A program made the translations under genes and the position numbers. Positions 45,541 to 54,340 of a stretch of DNA of 64,000 nucleotides are shown here, piece by piece. Under the pieces are notes generated by a model that was not told where the DNA came from, made no database searches, and was given only the letters and a program-made list of their open reading frames with translations. The DNA comes from Candidatus Sediminicultor quartus (GTDB lineage Bacteria > Atribacterota > Phoenicimicrobiia > Phoenicimicrobiales > Phoenicimicrobiaceae): assembly GCA_011056645.1 (NCBI GenBank), contig DSEL01000184.1, positions 7,699 to 71,698 of the forward strand, given 5' to 3'. Position 1 is the first letter of the stretch. Every line of letters starts with the position of its first letter.

Positions 45541-46716
45541 TTATAAATTTTTATGTTTTTCTGCTATTTCTCCGGCTAATTTTATTAAAGAATTATAATC
45601 TTCTTCTTTGGGATAGCCTTTTATGATCACCGGAGAAAGAATCTCTACTTTTAAATTTCCTATCATTGCACTAATGTTTTCCAGCATCTTTCCTCCCCAC
45701 CCGTAAGAGCCGATAACCGAGGCAAATCTTAATTTTGGCCTTAAGGCGTTAGCCAGATAAACTGCTGAGATCATCTGGGGATGTGCACCGGCTAAAACCG
45801 TAGGGGAGGCAATGACAATAGTGGCGGCATCTACCAGGGCAATAGCCAAAGCGCCTATATCAGTCCTGGAAAGATTAAATAGTTTCACCGTTATCCCTTT
45901 TTTCATTAATTCTTCACTTAAGATATACACCATCTCCTCGACACTGCCATGCATAGAGACATAAGGAATGATTACTTCATTCTCCACCTCATCGGAAATC
46001 CAATCTTGGTAAGCTGACAAAATGAATTCCGGATGAGAATAGATCTGGCCGTGACTGGGTGCAATAGTTTTAATCTCCAATTCGTTTAATCTCTCTAAAT
46101 GCTTTTTGATATTGTTACGGAAAGGCATCATGATCTCTGCATAATAACGTTTGGCAGAAAAATAAACTCTGGGTTCATCATCCACCCATAAATTACTCTC
46201 GGCAAGATGTGCTCCGAATAAGTCACAGCTGAACAAAATTTTATCTTCTTCCAAATAAGTTAACATGGTTTCCGGCCAATGTACCCAGGGAGCAATGATA
46301 AATCTCAGCGTTTTTTCCCCTAAATCGAGAGTGTCATTATCTTTTACGGTTATTACCCGATCTTCCGTCACAAAAAGATGATCTTTTAACATGTTTTTGC
46401 ATTTCTCATTGGTTACCACTTTTGCTTCTGGATACATTTCCAATAATAGAGGAGCAGCCCCGGAATGGTCTTGTTCAGCATGATTTACCACGATATAGTC
46501 CAGATGCTCTATCTCCAGATCATCCAAATTGTCTAATAAATCATCTTCTTTGGTCGGGTCTACCGTATCGATTAAAGCTGTTTTCTCTTGCCCTTTTATT
46601 AGATAAGCATTATAACTGGTACCCTCGGGAAGGGGAATGAGTTCATCAAATAGCCTTCTATCCCAATCAATTGCTCCTACCCAGTAAATATCTTTTTTTA
46701 TCTTTTTTACCGCCAT
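45541..46716 (-). CDS. fprA: flavodiiron protein (FprA / rubredoxin:oxygen oxidoreductase type; metallo-beta-lactamase plus flavodoxin domains)
   Basis: N-terminal beta-lactamase-like diiron domain (HAEQDHSGA) and a C-terminal flavodoxin-like domain. Confidence 0.85.
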   Translation of the reverse strand: MAVKKIKKDIYWVGAIDWDRRLFDELIPLPEGTSYNAYLIKGQEKTALIDTVDPTKEDDLLDNLDDLEIEHLDYIVVNHAEQDHSGAAPLLLEMYPEAKVVTNEKCKNMLKDHLFVTEDRVITVKDNDTLDLGEKTLRFIIAPWVHWPETMLTYLEEDKILFSCDLFGAHLAESNLWVDDEPRVYFSAKRYYAEIMMPFRNNIKKHLERLNELEIKTIAPSHGQIYSHPEFILSAYQDWISDEVENEVIIPYVSMHGSVEEMVYILSEELMKKGITVKLFNLSRTDIGALAIALVDAATIVIASPTVLAGAHPQMISAVYLANALRPKLRFASVIGSYGWGGKMLENISAMIGNLKVEILSPVIIKGYPKEEDYNSLIKLAGEIAEKHKNL

Positions 46717-46718
46717 TT

Positions 46719-47435
46719 CTAATTCACCTCTTCAAATTCATCTTTACTGGCACCACATACCGGGCATACCCAATCATCAGGCAGGTCTTCAAAGGGAGTT
46801 CCTGGATTTACTCCTGATTCAGGATCTCCTTTTTCAGATTCATAAATATATCCACAAACGGTACATTTAAATTTAGACATTTTTTTAAACTCCTTTCTTT
46901 CTGTATTTATTTTTTCCCTCGATTTTTCCTCTTTAGGAATATAAGTAGGTGCATTCTTGGGAGAAACGCCTTTCTGCACCTGATGGTAATAATCATAAGT
47001 CAATGGTTTCCCTGGTTTAATATTCTCTGCTTCCACCACTTTCCCGATAAACAGGGTATGAGTTCCCGCATCCATTTCCCCTATTACCTCTGTCTCGATA
47101 TAAGCCAAGGTATTTTCCATAACTATGGGCGAACCGCTTCTCCCTATCTTATAGTCTACTCCCTTAAATTTGTCTTCATCTCTTCCTGATTTAAAACCAA
47201 ATCTTCCGATAAATTTCATATCAGTGTCCTGTTCTAATACCGAAACGGCAAAGACCCTACTTTTGGTAATAAATTCATGGGTTAAATTTTTTTTATTAAT
47301 GCAAACTGCTATAGTAGCCGGTTCGGAAGTAGTCTGAAAAACTGTATTGGCAATCTGTCCATTGATACGATTCTCTTTTTTTGAACTGACTATATAAATA
47401 CCATAACTAATATTGTAAAGTGCTTTTAAATCCAT
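46719..47435 (-). CDS. hrb: high-molecular-weight rubredoxin (flavin-reductase-like domain fused to rubredoxin)
   Basis: N-terminal flavin-reductase fold. C-terminal rubredoxin ([12 protein letters not shown]...[14 protein letters not shown]). Confidence 0.75.
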   Translation of the reverse strand: MDLKALYNISYGIYIVSSKKENRINGQIANTVFQTTSEPATIAVCINKKNLTHEFITKSRVFAVSVLEQDTDMKFIGRFGFKSGRDEDKFKGVDYKIGRSGSPIVMENTLAYIETEVIGEMDAGTHTLFIGKVVEAENIKPGKPLTYDYYHQVQKGVSPKNAPTYIPKEEKSREKINTERKEFKKMSKFKCTVCGYIYESEKGDPESGVNPGTPFEDLPDDWVCPVCGASKDEFEEVN

Positions 47436-47485
47436 TTTCTTGTTCCCTCTTTAAAAAATTAAAATTTTAAATGAAAAAAGGTGTA

Positions 47486-47513
47486 GTAGGGACGTATCGC
47501 GATACGTCCCTAC
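47486..47513 (-). terminator. 28-bp perfect palindrome (GTAGGGACGTATCG|CGATACGTCCCTAC) between dfx and hrb; likely partial terminator/attenuator
   Basis: Perfect 14-bp arms. On the coding strand it is followed by ...ACACCUUUUUU. Confidence 0.5.
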
Positions 47514-47523
47514 AATCCCCGTA

Positions 47524-47910
47524 TTATTTGCCTTCTGTATGTTCCCATAAACCATGGACATTGCAATATTCTCTAATCTTTTTCAATCCTTCCACATCTT
47601 TAAAGAAGGATTCCGGTTTATCCCCGGGTTTCAAATATTTTCGGGAAGTACCTTTCTCAGTAACCACCTGGATCCATTCGATATAATGTTTCTCTTCCAT
47701 AGGATGTAGAGTTGAGCCGATTATCGCCTTAATCCCGGAAGGAATTTTCTCCATCACCGGTACATGTTTTTCGGTCGTCTGATCAGCAGTCTGTTCTTTC
47801 ATCAACTTCATTTCCTGTCCGCAACAGACTAAAGCTCCTTTCCCCTCATGCAGCACCTCAACAATGTTTCCGCAAACCTCACACTTATAGATCTCTAATT
47901 TCTTAGTCAT
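47524..47910 (-). CDS. dfx: desulfoferrodoxin (2Fe superoxide reductase)
   Basis: N-terminal desulforedoxin CxxC...CC motif (CEVCGN...LVCCGQ). Centre II His/Cys ligands (HPMEEKHYIEW, CNVHGLW). Confidence 0.85.
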   Translation of the reverse strand: MTKKLEIYKCEVCGNIVEVLHEGKGALVCCGQEMKLMKEQTADQTTEKHVPVMEKIPSGIKAIIGSTLHPMEEKHYIEWIQVVTEKGTSRKYLKPGDKPESFFKDVEGLKKIREYCNVHGLWEHTEGK

Positions 47911-48322
47911 TTACCTTTACCTCCTTTTTTGTTATAGACGCTATGGTTATGGATTTTAATTTTTCCTTAACCTCCTGTTCTATCTCGTCTATCTTTTTCT
48001 TTAAAAGACAATCGTTGATAAAAGGACAATCGTTTTTTTTAAATTTATGTTCATTTAATCTTATCGATCCCTGAAATATTTTCATGATATCAAATAGGGT
48101 TATTTTCTCGGGAGACGCAGCCAAAGCAAAACCTCCGCCCTTGCCCTTAGATGAATTAAGTAACCCTTCTTTGTTTAAAGTTTGTAGTATTTTTCTCAAA
48201 AAGGGGCGGGGCATCTCCAATGATGCCACTAATTGGTCACCGGAGATGACTTCTTGTTTTTGTTCGGTAATATAACAAAGCGCCCTTACCGCGTAATCGG
48301 TGTTTCTGGTAATAAACTTCAC
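47903..48322 (-). CDS. Rrf2 family transcriptional regulator
   Basis: MKFITRNTDYAVRALCYIT... is a typical Rrf2 HTH. The C-terminal region carries Cys residues. Confidence 0.8.
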   Translation of the reverse strand: MKFITRNTDYAVRALCYITEQKQEVISGDQLVASLEMPRPFLRKILQTLNKEGLLNSSKGKGGGFALAASPEKITLFDIMKIFQGSIRLNEHKFKKNDCPFINDCLLKKKIDEIEQEVKEKLKSITIASITKKEVKVND

Positions 48323-48381
48323 TTATCCATCACCCTTTGCTTGTTTGATAAAAACGCCTCTTATTATAACTCTCTCTTTCA

Positions 48382-48410
48382 CTTTTATTATGATACTATA
48401 ATTGTATCTT
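48382..48410 (-). promoter_or_regulatory. sigma-70-like promoter of the rrf2-dfx operon (-35 TTGACA, 17-nt spacer, -10 TATCAT)
   Basis: Reverse complement of 48405-48410 gives TTGACA and of 48382-48387 gives TATCAT, with a 17-bp spacer. Lies about 50 nt upstream of the rrf2 start. Confidence 0.5.
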
Positions 48411-48418
48411 TTTGTCAA

Positions 48419-48435
48419 TCTGTGGTTTGAAAATG
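48419..48435. promoter_or_regulatory. perfect palindrome TTGAAAAT-g-ATTTTCAA immediately upstream of the rrf2 promoter -35 element (candidate operator)
   Basis: 8-bp perfect arms, seen directly. Confidence 0.4.
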
Positions 48436-48442
48436 ATTTTCA

Positions 48443-48478
48443 ACCAAAAAAGCCCCCTTACTCTTATCAGTAAGGGAG
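48443..48478 (-). terminator. rho-independent terminator (bidirectional form) after the secreted-protein gene at 48526-49107
   Basis: AGCCCCCTTACT-cttatc-AGTAAGGGAGCT, flanked by A6 and T6. Confidence 0.6.
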
Positions 48479-48525
48479 CTTTTTTCATTCATTAAAATTA
48501 ATTATTTTTTTGATAGTTTAAAAAT

Positions 48526-49107
48526 TTATTCGGCTGATAATGTTTTTACTCTTTCTACAATCTCCATTATCTGGTAAGGCGAAAAACGATATTCTCCCCT
48601 TAAATCATCTATAGTATTGTTAAGAGTATAGGTTTTAGTAAGTTTAAATTCATTCTTAATTCCCTCTAATAATTGATTGGCATCTACCCCCCAAAGATTA
48701 GCAATCTTGGCAATGGTCATAGTCTTCATTTCCATTCCACTTATATGAACTTGTAATCCAGAAATATTATCTGTAGAATTTCTTCTCCAACCATTCCCCT
48801 GGGGTACACCCTCACAGGTACCATCACATTCTTCCTCACAATTATGCAGTACATAATCCGTATCCTGTCCGTTGGGGATACCATCTCCATCCTCATCGGG
48901 TGCATTTTTATTATTCCCCATTTTAGCATTAATTCCATTATTTGGGCTCCCTATACAGTCTGCACAATTTTGGTTTTGCCCCTGGAAAGAGTTCCCCTTT
49001 CCTTTTAATCCATTACCGTCCGCTAAAACCAAAGCGGCGAAAATTCCTACTGCCAGCGCGATGATCAGCAAGATAGTTCCTGTTTTTAAAATTCTTCTAC
49101 TTATCAT
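48526..49107 (-). CDS. secreted/membrane-anchored hypothetical protein with Cys-rich and Asp-rich (calcium-binding-like) segment
   Basis: Signal/anchor sequence (ILLIIALAVGIFAALVLA) and DEDGDGIPNGQDTD (a thrombospondin type-3-like motif). Multiple Cys residues. Confidence 0.4.
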   Translation of the reverse strand: MISRRILKTGTILLIIALAVGIFAALVLADGNGLKGKGNSFQGQNQNCADCIGSPNNGINAKMGNNKNAPDEDGDGIPNGQDTDYVLHNCEEECDGTCEGVPQGNGWRRNSTDNISGLQVHISGMEMKTMTIAKIANLWGVDANQLLEGIKNEFKLTKTYTLNNTIDDLRGEYRFSPYQIMEIVERVKTLSAE

Positions 49108-49240
49108 TCTGTTCGTTCCTCCTTAAAATTTTTGTTGACAATTTTTTTGTCATTCACTTATTTATACGTGAAAGGGAGGAACTTTCTTTCATTGCCGAAA
49201 AAATATTTTTTAAAAAATCAGTCTCTTACTTTCGGGCTGA

Positions 49241-49705
49241 TTATATAGTTTCCTTCCAAACCTGCTCTATTCTATTATAATGTTCCCCGGTAGCCACGGC
49301 TAAATCAAGTAAAACTTGTTTAATTTCTCGGCAATCAGGCTCAAAGACTTCGAAAAATTTCTTCTCTATCAAGCCACTTTCGATGTCTCGAGCCACTGAT
49401 AAAGCATATTTATTTGATATTTTATTGTTTTGCGCTTCAGCTATTTGATTTTTAATGTATTCCAGTGATGTTCTTATCGCTTCCACTTTAAATCTTCCTT
49501 GTTTAAAAAACAACGACCCTTCCTTTGCTTTAGAGTGAAGCTTGAAGATCCATCTAGCGTGTTCTAATTCTTCTCTTGCTATTTTAGACCAAAAATCCTT
49601 TTGTTCGGAAAATTGATGAGCATATTCTCTATAGAGGCGGCCAATCTCTTTCTCATGTTCCGCCAATAGTTCTATTATTTCAATTTGTTTCTTTTCTAAA
49701 TCCAT
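49241..49705 (-). CDS. hypothetical protein, possibly ferritin-like diiron four-helix bundle
   Basis: Two ExxH-like motifs (REELEHARW, ATGEHYNR). A weak call. Confidence 0.3.
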   Translation of the reverse strand: MDLEKKQIEIIELLAEHEKEIGRLYREYAHQFSEQKDFWSKIAREELEHARWIFKLHSKAKEGSLFFKQGRFKVEAIRTSLEYIKNQIAEAQNNKISNKYALSVARDIESGLIEKKFFEVFEPDCREIKQVLLDLAVATGEHYNRIEQVWKETI

Positions 49706-49807
49706 GAACTATTCCTCTTGACTACTTTTCTATCTCTACTTGCTGCCCTTACCTTTATCGGATAACCTCCGGAAAATATTTTTATTCCCAAGCCGCATCT
49801 TTTCAAA

Positions 49808-50707
49808 TTATTTCATCTTACTCCCATCGAAAAGATCATCAGAAAGACCGGTATTAACTTTTACATCAAGCGTATCTATGCTGAAAGAGCCCATTCCCGA
49901 CATCATGGACTTCATCATCTGCATTGCCTGCTCTTGTTCCTTTTTTTCTTGCTCGCTTAAACCGGAGGTATCTATTTCCATTTTCATATTCATAACCAGC
50001 TGATAGGGATGAAGCATGGTGCCAACTTGCCGATAGTCTTTTAAATCTGTAGTTATTTCCGTATTCATAGCCATTCCTTCTGCTCCTGCCCCTGGTTTTG
50101 CTTTCATTACCATAAGCATACGAACAGGCATCCAGGTCTTACTGCTAATCCATAGCTTCCCTGAAGATTCCGCAGATCCTCCCGATTGTTCCCCTTGTGG
50201 AGAAAAATTCTGAGTATTTCCCATCACCTGCAGAGCATTATCAATTTGTAAGATATAAGTTTTCTCTCCGTCAATCTCTTCCTCTCCTAAATATTTACTC
50301 TTGTTCAAATCTATATTTTTCCAGATCTGTCCTGGATTATATTCAGATATTTTCTTCTCAATTTCCCCGGTCATCGGATTTTTTGTCCAATTATAATTTC
50401 CATCATAAATAGTAACTATAGCCATACCCATTACTTCTGATTCAGTACGGGTTTTGTAGATGACTTCCCCTTTTATTTCCGCTTTCTTATAATAGATAGT
50501 AGTTTCTCCTGCCATAGCAGCCACCCCTCCGCTGCCCTTTTGAACGATAGTATAATCATTAATTCCCTTCATCTGTTTTTCATAAGTTTTTTGCATATTG
50601 TTAATCACTTCTTGTAAGCTCATTCCGGCCACACAGGTACTGCCAAGGAATAATATTATGCAGACAATAACAATCCCAAAGGATATATTTTTATTTACTT
50701 TTAACAT
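49808..50707 (-). CDS. secreted LolA-like/DUF4412-like hypothetical protein
   Basis: Signal peptide, then SLQEVINNMQKTYEKQMKGINDYTIVQ, resembling the N-terminus of the LolA-like protein at 1958-2779. Confidence 0.4.
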   Translation of the reverse strand: MLKVNKNISFGIVIVCIILFLGSTCVAGMSLQEVINNMQKTYEKQMKGINDYTIVQKGSGGVAAMAGETTIYYKKAEIKGEVIYKTRTESEVMGMAIVTIYDGNYNWTKNPMTGEIEKKISEYNPGQIWKNIDLNKSKYLGEEEIDGEKTYILQIDNALQVMGNTQNFSPQGEQSGGSAESSGKLWISSKTWMPVRMLMVMKAKPGAGAEGMAMNTEITTDLKDYRQVGTMLHPYQLVMNMKMEIDTSGLSEQEKKEQEQAMQMMKSMMSGMGSFSIDTLDVKVNTGLSDDLFDGSKMK

Positions 50708-50792
50708 TTGATTCCTCCTTAGACTTCTTTTTTATTTTAATGCACACACTGGGTTCTATCCAGAATAAATTTATTTACTTTATCGCCTCCCT

Positions 50793-52454
50793 CTAAAGGC
50801 CTTCTACCTGCATATCCCGGGGATGTTCAATGGTAAAGGTATAAAATATTTCCTGCTTTTGCCGGGATTCTAATTCCAGTTCCCATAACCAGATCCCCTT
50901 CCGGTCTTCCCAGTCTTTTACTCCCGGTTCAAGACTTATCTCTTCTATCTTTATTTTAATTCGGTCGTCCTCGGAGACCGGCATAGCTTCGAATAGTTTT
51001 ACTTTGATCTTCTTAGATTTGTAGTTCTCTACGCTAAGTTTATATTTATAAGTAGTGCGTTTGGTCCGCGAAGGAATCCCGGCAATCAGCGTTTCATCGA
51101 CTTTCTTCTCCAGGCATTCCCTTTTTACTTTGACATTTTCATCGACCCCCAAATACAGATCAAACTCCTCGCTGGGTGCAATATTGCCCATGCCGGAAAA
51201 TCCCACAAAATCACCCTCTAAAAATATATTGACCCGGCCAGCGAGCAATTGAAGATCTTCACTGTTGGTAACCCGTGAACCAAGGTAGGCAAAGGGGCTA
51301 ACCCGGGGATAGCTTGAATATTCAAATTCGGCTGATAAGATTTGCGAAGATATAGGAAATTTATGTTCCGACTTATCAGATTTTACACTTACTTTGGAAG
51401 GGAGATTGTAGATTATTGCAATACCTTTTTCTTCGGCAGTGGCATATTTCATCTCTGACTCGGCCACCTCTTCCAAGGTTTCTGCTCCTTTTTTAAATGC
51501 TTCCGTTTGATATGCGGGTGCCGGTACCATAGATACTTTATCCCTAATTATTTCAGGCTGATAGGGTCTTAAAAACCAGGAATCAACATAAGGCATATTT
51601 CCTCCGGTTCTTGGCTTAGCGGTTGACAAGGCACAAGCTACCTCTACCCAATCTTCGCCGGTAACCTGTCTAATTACTCCGTAAGAAACCAATTCTACTT
51701 CGGATTTTTCGAAATTTGCGCGGGCATCGTATATGGGGTCCCAGGAAGCCCCTCCTACCAGGTAAGAAATTTTCAGGTCTATAGTCCCTTCTTTCAAAGC
51801 TTCCAATTCTACCATAATTGATCTTTGTATTTTCCTTTGTATCCCGGATATCTGAGACAATTCTCTCTTCAAAGTATCCAGTTTATTATTCAAATCCCTT
51901 ATCTCAAATTCACAATCCAAAGACTGGTTGTAAATATCCTTTAATTCTGTATCTAAAAACCCAAGAATATTCTCCAAATCGCTTATTTGCGGCATATTGG
52001 TTATCAAATCTTGAGGGATTTGCGTATTGGAAAATAAAGTTATAGAGTTTAGAAACTTCTTCTTCTCAGCGAGAACGGTTTTCAGGTTTTGCAATCGGGT
52101 CATCTCGTCTTCTAATTTCTGGATCTCCTCTTTTAATTGCCTTATCCTTTCAGAAGGCACTTCTTCTAAATACTCTCTTTTAACCTGTGCTCCAAATAGT
52201 TTGATGAGCGCTGTTCCTTCCGCAGAAACCCTTAAAGAACTCTCGTCAACCTCAGGAATAATATTGGAAAAAACTACCGTATAAGTTCCCTGGTTAAGTT
52301 CAAGATGGGTAACCCGGTTGATCAAAGCAGAATCAGTATAGACACAAATCTCGCTAATCTCAGATTGCGCTTCAATCTCGGCAGCATAACCATTAACAGC
52401 CGCAAATAAAATCAATCCTAAACATAGAATCCATTTTGTTGGTTTATTCATCAT
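50793..52454 (-). CDS. secreted DUF4139/DUF4140-like protein (mucoidy-inhibitor MuiA-like family)
   Basis: Signal peptide, an N-terminal beta-rich region, a central coiled coil (LKEEIQKLEDEMTRLQNLK) and a long C-terminal beta-rich domain. Confidence 0.4.
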   Translation of the reverse strand: MMNKPTKWILCLGLILFAAVNGYAAEIEAQSEISEICVYTDSALINRVTHLELNQGTYTVVFSNIIPEVDESSLRVSAEGTALIKLFGAQVKREYLEEVPSERIRQLKEEIQKLEDEMTRLQNLKTVLAEKKKFLNSITLFSNTQIPQDLITNMPQISDLENILGFLDTELKDIYNQSLDCEFEIRDLNNKLDTLKRELSQISGIQRKIQRSIMVELEALKEGTIDLKISYLVGGASWDPIYDARANFEKSEVELVSYGVIRQVTGEDWVEVACALSTAKPRTGGNMPYVDSWFLRPYQPEIIRDKVSMVPAPAYQTEAFKKGAETLEEVAESEMKYATAEEKGIAIIYNLPSKVSVKSDKSEHKFPISSQILSAEFEYSSYPRVSPFAYLGSRVTNSEDLQLLAGRVNIFLEGDFVGFSGMGNIAPSEEFDLYLGVDENVKVKRECLEKKVDETLIAGIPSRTKRTTYKYKLSVENYKSKKIKVKLFEAMPVSEDDRIKIKIEEISLEPGVKDWEDRKGIWLWELELESRQKQEIFYTFTIEHPRDMQVEGL

Positions 52455-52466
52455 TTCTAACTTCCT

Positions 52467-52910
52467 TTATTCTTTATTTTTCGCTCTCTGGTATCGGCCA
52501 ATTAATTCTGCTGTAGCTAAAATATGTCCCTCCATGGCCTCCTCCAATTCCTTCTTCTTACAACCCTCTTCCAGATGAAGCTTTTCATCGAGAGCATACA
52601 ATTTAAAGAAATAACGGTGAATACCGGAAGGAGGGCAAGGACCTCCATATTCTAATTTCCTGAAATCATTGGTTCCTTGGGTACCGGGAACGGTATTTTC
52701 TTCTATCACATCAATTACGTGTATATTAAATAACACCCAGTGTACCCAGGTTCCCATCGGCGCATCAGGGTCCTCCATAATGAGGGCTAATCTTTTTGTT
52801 TCTTCAGGTATATCTTCAATAATCAAACCAGGATTGATGTCTGCACCATCGCAGGTAAATTTTTCCGGAATAAATCCGTTGTTCTCAAATTCAAGACTTT
52901 CTAATTTCAT
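52467..52910 (-). CDS. YbhB/YbcL-family phosphatidylethanolamine-binding protein (PEBP/Raf kinase inhibitor-like)
   Basis: GGPCPPSGIHRYFFKLYALD, the PEBP signature. Confidence 0.75.
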   Translation of the reverse strand: MKLESLEFENNGFIPEKFTCDGADINPGLIIEDIPEETKRLALIMEDPDAPMGTWVHWVLFNIHVIDVIEENTVPGTQGTNDFRKLEYGGPCPPSGIHRYFFKLYALDEKLHLEEGCKKKELEEAMEGHILATAELIGRYQRAKNKE

Positions 52911-52964
52911 TATTTTGTCCTCCCTTTTTTACGACAGGAACTCGTGTTCTACTAATTCGTCCTG

Positions 52965-53894
52965 TCATTTTTTTATTTTATTTTTTAAATTTTCTATCTC
53001 TTTTTCCAGCCATTTGGGATATTTTGGTACCGCACCGGATTGGGATACCACAAAATTACCTACCATTTCTGCAAATTCTGCCGCCTCATACATACTGGTT
53101 CCGCATAAATAAGAAAATAGAAAACCTGCACTATAACTGTCTCCGCCTCCTACAGTATCGGCTACCGGCCCATTTATTCCCGGTACCTTTTCCATCTTGC
53201 CATTACGATAAACAGATGAGCCATTCTTCCCGTGAGTGATACAGACAATAGAAGGGTGGTATTCCCGACAAATAAGCTCCGCAAGGTTTTCTTGTTTTAA
53301 TGTTTGTCCGAAGAGGAGTTCAGAAATAGTAAGAGCCTCTCTATCGTTTAATTTTACTATTGAGCACTGGCATAGAGATTTTTCAATCCAATCCTTATGG
53401 TAGTAATTTTGCCTTAAATTGATATCATAGAATATGTAATTAGGGTGCGCCCAAGAAATAATTTGGCTGAGCACTTCCCGGTTTTCTTTGGTCCTTTGAG
53501 CGAGAGTTCCAAAACAGAAAATTTCCCATTCGTTTTCGCTTAAATGGTCGATCAGATCTTGATCTAAAATAATATTGTCCCAGGCAACATTTTCTTTTAT
53601 TAGATAGGTAGGATGACCCCTTTCGTCCAGGCTCACCTCTACAATTCCGGTAGGCAGATAGGGGTGGATCCGGATAGAAGAAGAACGAATACCTCTTTTT
53701 TCTGCTTCTTTGATTGCTTTCCGTCCTAAAGCATCTCTGCCTACAGAAGAAATAAGTGTCGATTCAAATCCCATTTTTGACATATGGGCAGCGAGGTTAA
53801 AGGGGGCACCGCCAATATATGGTTTGTTCTCTATGATGTCCCAGAGAATTTCTCCAAAAAATAAAGCTTTCACTCTTGCCTCTCCTTTCTTCAA
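52965..53894 (-). CDS. PfkB-family carbohydrate kinase (fructokinase-like)
   Basis: N-terminal GG motif (IGGAPFNLA) and C-terminal DTVGGGDSYSAGFL anion-hole motif. Confidence 0.75.
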   Translation of the reverse strand: MKKGEARVKALFFGEILWDIIENKPYIGGAPFNLAAHMSKMGFESTLISSVGRDALGRKAIKEAEKRGIRSSSIRIHPYLPTGIVEVSLDERGHPTYLIKENVAWDNIILDQDLIDHLSENEWEIFCFGTLAQRTKENREVLSQIISWAHPNYIFYDINLRQNYYHKDWIEKSLCQCSIVKLNDREALTISELLFGQTLKQENLAELICREYHPSIVCITHGKNGSSVYRNGKMEKVPGINGPVADTVGGGDSYSAGFLFSYLCGTSMYEAAEFAEMVGNFVVSQSGAVPKYPKWLEKEIENLKNKIKK

Positions 53895-54010
53895 GTTTAA
53901 ATTAATCAGGTGTTTTATTTATATATAAATATTCTACAAGTTTTTCAAAAATCCTCTTTTTTTTATAAAATTAGATAAAATTTTTGTTTTTTATTGAAAC
54001 ACTTTATTAT

Positions 54011-54273
54011 TAGTCGTTAGTGAATGGTGAATAGTTGTTAGTTTTAAATACAATTTATGAAGTGCGAGTTTATTCATTCTGCCGATCTACCAGTTTTCCT
54101 GTCGACCAGTCAATTTGGTTGTTAGTTTAAAAGGTTTTCAGTTACAAGAGGTCGATTCATCAAACCCATCTGTTTTTTTCTGTCATTGCGAAATGACCAA
54201 AGTGATCTCATTTTGTATCTTAAATTTATTCTCCGTATTTCCTTCACCAAATACTAACGACTAACGACTATTC
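54011..54273. repeat. approximately 260-bp intergenic element bounded by inverted GAATAGTYGTTAGT-type repeats (MITE-like or structured sRNA candidate)
   Basis: Left end is tagtcgttagtgaatggtgaatagttgttagtt (54011-54043). Right end is actaacgactaacgactattc (54253-54273), the reverse complement of gaatagtcgttagtcgttagt. An internal copy gttgttagtt sits at 54118-54127. Confidence 0.45.
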
Positions 54274-54340
54274 GGGCTTGCGAAAAATATAAAAAGGAAT
54301 ATAATGAAATAAAATTACCCATCAAAGAGGGGGGATAAAC

